From a virus: DNA of 64,000 nt. This document shows, in pieces, positions 59,617-64,000 of the stretch; positions within the stretch are counted from its first letter, which is position 1, and every line of letters starts with the position of its first letter. Below the pieces are notes generated by a model that worked only from the letters and a program-made list of their open reading frames with translations, had not been told where the DNA came from and ran no database searches. The stretch lies in IMG/VR virus record IMGVR_UViG_3300021963_000049, positions 1 to 64,000 of that record; one strand, given 5' to 3'. Position numbers and translations under genes: made by a program.

Positions 59617-59931
59617 TTACTTAGTTTTAGTTAATACTTTATATTTATATCTTCTGTGGTCTCTTTGAGTAGCAGCCCACTCTTCACCACCTTTGTAGTA
59701 TATCATAGTACCACCTCTGGCAGCTCTGTTTGCTAAATCTCTTTCTTTCTTCTTAGGATCCTGTATAAAAGTGATTAGTCTCCTGGATACTTTAAACATC
59801 TTGGCTAGCTTCCTCTGACTCAGCCCTTGTTTAGTCCAGTATAAGACCATCTCTCTTTGACAAGGAAGAAGCTTAACTCTCCTGTCTAAGAATGGAGAAT
59901 CAAGCTTCATTTTATCTGTCTTATAAGGCAT
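59617..59931 (-). CDS. HTH DNA-binding protein
   Basis: GLSQRKLAKMFKVSRRLITFI. Confidence 0.75.
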   Translation of the reverse strand: MPYKTDKMKLDSPFLDRRVKLLPCQREMVLYWTKQGLSQRKLAKMFKVSRRLITFIQDPKKKERDLANRAARGGTMIYYKGGEEWAATQRDHRRYKYKVLTKTK

Positions 59932-59933
59932 TG

Positions 59934-60299
59934 TTATTTTACATAGTAATGATACCTATAGCATGTTTCATCATAAATAATAGCAAGGAAAAATCTCCCC
60001 TTATTATCTGATAGAGATACTAAACATTCTTTACCATTCTGATCTGTAGCATTCCATGTAATATTATGTCTTCTATCCATCAACTCTGATGTTAATGTAT
60101 AGGTATTTAGATTAGAGTATATCTTACCCTGCTCTATTTTGAACACTTCATAACTAAATGCAGGTTCCGGATCATATTTCCAGGCTTTTTTCTTTGCTTG
60201 CCAGTGACCAGTCTCCATTAAATAAGTCTTTAATGTGTCTTGTGAATGTGTTACTAATGCTCCCAGCACAAATAACACTGATAATACAGTTGTCTTCAT
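59934..60299 (-). CDS. Exported protein with a signal peptide
   Basis: MKTTVLSVLFVLGALVTHS/Q. Confidence 0.65.
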   Translation of the reverse strand: MKTTVLSVLFVLGALVTHSQDTLKTYLMETGHWQAKKKAWKYDPEPAFSYEVFKIEQGKIYSNLNTYTLTSELMDRRHNITWNATDQNGKECLVSLSDNKGRFFLAIIYDETCYRYHYYVK

Positions 60300-60304
60300 A
60301 AATT

Positions 60305-60335
60305 AAAAATTAAAGGCTCCCTATTACAGGAGCCT
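60305..60335 (-). terminator. Intrinsic terminator
   Basis: AGGCTCC...GGAGCCT stem followed by a T-rich run on the minus strand. Confidence 0.65.
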
Positions 60336-60344
60336 GGTTATTAC

Positions 60345-60569
60345 TTAGTCTTCAAGAAATTCTATCATACTTGGTGCACCAGTTAATTTCTTATACATTA
60401 ATTGCACTTTAGCAGCATTTACAGCTCCATTATATGATTTTAAAGCTAATTCTGCTGCTTTAAGATCATTTGTTTCTTCATATACACTTGCTGTAGAATC
60501 AGCAATATTTAATAACTGTGTTCTAACTTCACTAATTGTTTGTGTTTTTAGCTTCTTTACTCTTGACAT
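60345..60569 (-). CDS. Small helical hypothetical protein
   Basis: 74 aa overlapping the end of the Zn-finger gene. Confidence 0.6.
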   Translation of the reverse strand: MSRVKKLKTQTISEVRTQLLNIADSTASVYEETNDLKAAELALKSYNGAVNAAKVQLMYKKLTGAPSMIEFLED

Positions 60570-61308
60570 ACCTATAAAATTTAAGTTGTTTTCTTTTTAA
60601 TTCTAATATTTCTTGTGGAACATCTTCCAATTTAAAACCTAATCTGTTAGCAATAAATCCATCATTCATATGTTCAGATTGCATTTTAAGGACTACAGAT
60701 TTTGGTAATTTATCCACATTCTTATACTCTTCTGGATAATCATACTTTCTATTAGCTTTAGTTTTTTCTAACCATCTTTTTTTCCATTCTTCTTGATAAG
60801 TCTCAAGATCATAACCTTTAGCAAATACTTTTATGTATTTAGCTTTTTCTTTTTTAGTAGAACCTTCAGGATAATTATACTTTAGATTTTTCTTACCAGC
60901 TGTTAGTTTATTATTCATTTTAATAGCTTTCAGTTCTTCTTCAGTAGAAACTCCATATTTAATCATAAGCTTTTTATCTTTTCTTTGCATTGTCATTAGA
61001 CCATTGCACTTTTTGCAAACATGTCTAAAACTAATAGAATCAGCAGATAAAGGCTTACCCTTAACAATAGTTCCCTTTTTAGTAACTTTTTTATAAAAGT
61101 ATTCCCCAGTTAAAGGGAATACTTCTTTGCAGTTACTACAGGCTTTCTCAGTTTTCTTTGGTACTAAAACTACTCTACTATTTGCATATGCCCGAGAGCA
61201 GGTTATACACATAGATCTCAAACCATATTTACCTCTTTTTTGAACATGAAAATTATTTCTTGTAGCAGGTAAATTAGTATTACACTTGGTACAAACTTTA
61301 TAATTCAT
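60532..61308 (-). CDS. Basic protein with two tandem C4 Zn ribbons
   Basis: CTKC...CITC and CSNC...CKKC; repeated KY(N/D)YPE. Confidence 0.7.
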   Translation of the reverse strand: MNYKVCTKCNTNLPATRNNFHVQKRGKYGLRSMCITCSRAYANSRVVLVPKKTEKACSNCKEVFPLTGEYFYKKVTKKGTIVKGKPLSADSISFRHVCKKCNGLMTMQRKDKKLMIKYGVSTEEELKAIKMNNKLTAGKKNLKYNYPEGSTKKEKAKYIKVFAKGYDLETYQEEWKKRWLEKTKANRKYDYPEEYKNVDKLPKSVVLKMQSEHMNDGFIANRLGFKLEDVPQEILELKRKQLKFYRYVKSKEAKNTNN

Positions 61309-61310
61309 AA

Positions 61311-61802
61311 TTATGCTTTAGTTCTTAGTCTAGGTAACTGATTTGGATCTGTTGTTAAACTTAAAAAGTTTTTAGGTAACACTCCTTCTTGAATAAAGAT
61401 AGTGATTATATCCTCTTTGGATATATTTAAATCTTTAAAAGTTAAAGTATTCTTGAACTTTTCATCAACTTCAGAATTATCTAGAAAGAATGCTGTTATT
61501 GGACTCTTTGGGAAAAAAGATTCAAACAAAATATTAGTATATTTTATAGTAAGCTCCTGTTTGTATTTATTTATTACAGCTTGGGCTTTCTTATATACAT
61601 TTATTATTCTCTGCTTCTTTTTACTGCACATTTGTTCCAATTCTTGTGCACCAAGTGACTCTAATCCATATAGAGCTCTCTTGTACAAATAATTTTGATA
61701 TTGAGTATAGTTATCAGTTTCATACTGCATCACCAGTTTTTCATTCTTTAACTGGTATTTACCATTATACTCAAGACTCTGTTTTAATTTTTGCTTTTCC
61801 AT
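61311..61802 (-). CDS. Hypothetical protein
   Basis: 163-aa ORF. Confidence 0.7.
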   Translation of the reverse strand: MEKQKLKQSLEYNGKYQLKNEKLVMQYETDNYTQYQNYLYKRALYGLESLGAQELEQMCSKKKQRIINVYKKAQAVINKYKQELTIKYTNILFESFFPKSPITAFFLDNSEVDEKFKNTLTFKDLNISKEDIITIFIQEGVLPKNFLSLTTDPNQLPRLRTKA

Positions 61803-61828
61803 GTTATCATATACAATTAATCATTACT

Positions 61829-61860
61829 AAAAAAATAAAGGGAGCATTTCTGCCCCCTTT
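61829..61860 (-). terminator. Intrinsic terminator
   Basis: Minus strand AAAGGGGGCA...TGCTCCCTTT followed by A and a T run. Confidence 0.65.
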
Positions 61861-61877
61861 ACTACTATCTGTTAATA

Positions 61878-62357
61878 CTATCCTCCAATAGAGAAATCTG
61901 CATTAGGCTGAATAGCTTTTGCTTTTGCACTTTGTGCTGCATAAGCATTGCGCAATTCATCTACATTATCATGCTTAATAAGCATATCTTCTGCATTACC
62001 AGCAAATGAGAACTTAGTTCTGCGGTAGATTGGAAGACCTCCAAGAGTACATACTACTCCTGTCTCACCAGCAATTTTAAGATCTCTCTCTGGAGTTTTG
62101 TTATTGAATGGCTCAAGAGCTTCTTCAATTACAATTTTACCATCAAGTTGTTGACCAGCATAGAATCCAGATTCTTTTAGCTCAGCTACAGTACCAGGAA
62201 TTAATGCTGACACAGGTTTTCTTCTTAAGAAACCATTATCATCTATAAGTGTTCTTACTTGTTGCACACGGATGAAACCATAATCTGAATTGTTTTCAGA
62301 TACATTAACAACAGCTCCAGTTGTTTCATCAGCTAATACAGTTACTTTTGAGTTCAT
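61878..62357 (-). CDS. Hypothetical protein
   Basis: 159 aa with its own AT-rich leader and terminator. Confidence 0.75.
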   Translation of the reverse strand: MNSKVTVLADETTGAVVNVSENNSDYGFIRVQQVRTLIDDNGFLRRKPVSALIPGTVAELKESGFYAGQQLDGKIVIEEALEPFNNKTPERDLKIAGETGVVCTLGGLPIYRRTKFSFAGNAEDMLIKHDNVDELRNAYAAQSAKAKAIQPNADFSIGG

Positions 62358-62481
62358 AATCTCAGTTTTTAAAAGTTAATAAATAAATAATTAAATAGAT
62401 GTTTGTGAGTAGATGTGTACTATATCTTCAGTTACTCAGTCTGAATGATAAGTTAAATAGTATTCTATTGCAAGTCAAATA

Positions 62482-62754
62482 CTATGTATCCAGTGGGCCC
62501 ATAAGGTCAATGATATCATCAAATGGTTCATCATCTGATATTATATCATTTACATTTTCATCATCTGTGGCCAGATAATCAAAATCATAATACTTCTCTT
62601 TGGTGTTTTCTACAACAGCAGAATCAGAAAAAGGATTTATAATGTGTTCACCATAATCTATGGACATCAGATACTGAATGTCCTCATCTGTAAGATCAAG
62701 ATATTGTTCAAGTGTAATATAAATTACTTTACCATTAGGTAACTGGTATAACAT
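62482..62754 (-). CDS. Highly acidic small protein
   Basis: 90 aa, D/E-rich. Confidence 0.65.
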   Translation of the reverse strand: MLYQLPNGKVIYITLEQYLDLTDEDIQYLMSIDYGEHIINPFSDSAVVENTKEKYYDFDYLATDDENVNDIISDDEPFDDIIDLMGPLDT

Positions 62755-62840
62755 TATAAATACATAAAGATTAGTAAATGTATGATAATAAGTTTAACCA
62801 GTATAAGTGTAAAGTTTAAATTTTGACATTATATAGCTAA

Positions 62841-62868
62841 TAAAGGGGAATAGCCTAGACTACTCCCC
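62841..62868 (-). terminator. Hairpin, possible terminator
   Basis: Minus strand GGGGAGTAG...CTATTCCCC then TTTATT. Confidence 0.55.
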
Positions 62869-62910
62869 AGTATTACTGTTCAGGAAAAGCATATCTACAG
62901 ATATACTATT

Positions 62911-63330
62911 TTAAAATTCCTCTATAATCTCTAATTCATTAGTGCTTAAATAAGTAGCATCATCTTTTGTAGTACCATTATCTAACACATTTTTATATGA
63001 AACTTGGTACTGAGAATACTCATGGTAGCCTCTAAATTGTCTTACAGTTACAATTACTTTGTCTTCATCATCTGCAAATCTTTCCCGGATTCCTTCTTTG
63101 TTACTACCATAACCTAATCTTTCAACTTTAACTTTACATAAAGTCCCATCAGGTATGATATCTGGTAGCTTATTACCAAGCATAAGCTTAAAGAAATAAT
63201 CTACAGCTGATGAATTACTACAGATCATGGGAGTAAGTAACTTAACAAACTCCTGTGAATTTGGGTCTTTAATTACCTTTTCTAATGCTTTTGCAACATC
63301 AGAGTCATCATATGTTACAGATATTCTCAT
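62911..63330 (-). CDS. Hypothetical protein
   Basis: 139-aa ORF. Confidence 0.7.
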   Translation of the reverse strand: MRISVTYDDSDVAKALEKVIKDPNSQEFVKLLTPMICSNSSAVDYFFKLMLGNKLPDIIPDGTLCKVKVERLGYGSNKEGIRERFADDEDKVIVTVRQFRGYHEYSQYQVSYKNVLDNGTTKDDATYLSTNELEIIEEF

Positions 63331-63332
63331 GC

Positions 63333-63551
63333 TCAGTCATTAATTCTTCTATAATCTAATACTTTAGCTAACAGAGCTTCATTAAAGTTTGTAAAGAACT
63401 TTTTATCAATCATCTTGTGATTAATTACTGGCTCCTCACAGCTATAGCATGTAGACTTGATACCTGTCTTAATTATTTCTCCTTCCGGAGTCATAATATC
63501 TCTCTTAAGATTAAATCCTAAGACTGATGTAATTAAATAACTATCATTCAT
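63333..63551 (-). CDS. Hypothetical protein
   Basis: Probable start MNDSY overlapping the upstream gene end. Confidence 0.55.
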   Translation of the reverse strand: MNDSYLITSVLGFNLKRDIMTPEGEIIKTGIKSTCYSCEEPVINHKMIDKKFFTNFNEALLAKVLDYRRIND

Positions 63552-63867
63552 GGCTTCCAAATAAATTAGACATAATCTCACTAACAGTAGACTCCTTCCT
63601 GTGGTGGTCTACTATCTTTTGAAATATTAACATACTCATTGCAATTTCATTCTCATGTTTGCAGTAATTTATTATTTTTTCTAGCATAAGATGTAACTCT
63701 GAGTTACCATCAAATGCCTCTGCTGTGTTCTTTAGCAATTCTTTTACTCTATCCTCAGAGATCCCAAGAATTTCATGCATAAGTTCACTGTTATCATCAA
63801 TAAATAATAACTTAAATTTCCCATCTGTTGGGCATGCTTTTTTTCTTCTGAACAGTTTCATAATCAT
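63544..63867 (-). CDS. Hypothetical protein
   Basis: Start moved to MIMKLF because the longer ORF call runs into the tRNA. Confidence 0.6.
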   Translation of the reverse strand: MIMKLFRRKKACPTDGKFKLLFIDDNSELMHEILGISEDRVKELLKNTAEAFDGNSELHLMLEKIINYCKHENEIAMSMLIFQKIVDHHRKESTVSEIMSNLFGSHE

Positions 63868-63919
63868 AATTTTAAGATGTAATTTACTAAATATTTGAGT
63901 TATACACAAAAGTGCATAG

Positions 63920-63991
63920 TAGTTCCACCTGGACTCGAACCAGGAATACAAGCTTAGAAGGCTAGTGTTATATCCCTTTAACTATAGAACT
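63920..63991 (-). tRNA. tRNA-Arg (anticodon UCU), CCA not encoded
   Basis: Acceptor AGTTCTA/TGGAACT; D arm GTTA/TAAC; anticodon loop CT-TCT-AA; T arm CCTGG-TTCGAGT-CCAGG. Confidence 0.92.
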
Positions 63992-64000
63992 AAAAACAGG

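Noticed and set aside
62400-62445. Possible structured ncRNA upstream of ORF 61878-62357
   Set aside because: The stem depends on G-U pairs that form only on the non-coding strand; too weak to call without covariation data.
63868-63951. N-terminal extension of ORF 63544-63951
   Set aside because: Overlaps the tRNA-Arg gene; a downstream ATG with an A/T-rich leader is more plausible.
1-64000. CRISPR array, diversity-generating retroelement, integrase, intron or intein
   Set aside because: No regularly spaced repeats, reverse transcriptase, recombinase or intein motifs were seen; polB, dnaB and primase are uninterrupted.

Overview
The whole window reads as part of an AT-rich dsDNA phage genome of the crAss-like type (Crassvirales or a close relative), most likely infecting Bacteroidota, in standard genetic code. 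Left arm (+ strand, 33-34838): internal virion/ejected proteins, including three giant proteins. The middle one is a virion RNA polymerase with a DFDID motif, split by a single frameshift at 23506-23509. These giants carry embedded modules (PD-(D/E)XK nuclease, two HExxH zincin motifs, DUF4326-like, LysM, HTH, GrpE-head-like). A convergent terminator at about 34850 separates this from the right arm (- strand, 34872-64000). That arm encodes MazG-like, PolB, PD-(D/E)XK exonuclease, MoxR-AAA plus VWA/metallopeptidase, GIY-YIG, primase, SSB, Sak4-like ATPase, DnaB, UDG, ClpS, SF2 helicase, HNH, a spore-photoproduct-lyase-like radical SAM, many small ORFs and tRNA-Arg(UCU). Most notable observations: (1) the giant proteins appear cysteine-free except for single Cys residues facing each other across gene junctions, suggesting a head-to-tail linked ejection chain; (2) domain cassettes in a giant protein end in a perfect 23-bp repeat; (3) single genes are bracketed by junction direct repeats; (4) an M-x-x-S-x-D-x-D-N motif is shared by three proteins, two of which flank the AAA-VWA pair; (5) CpG is depleted outside the CCG/CGG context. 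All family calls come from motif recognition by eye; no database searches were run.
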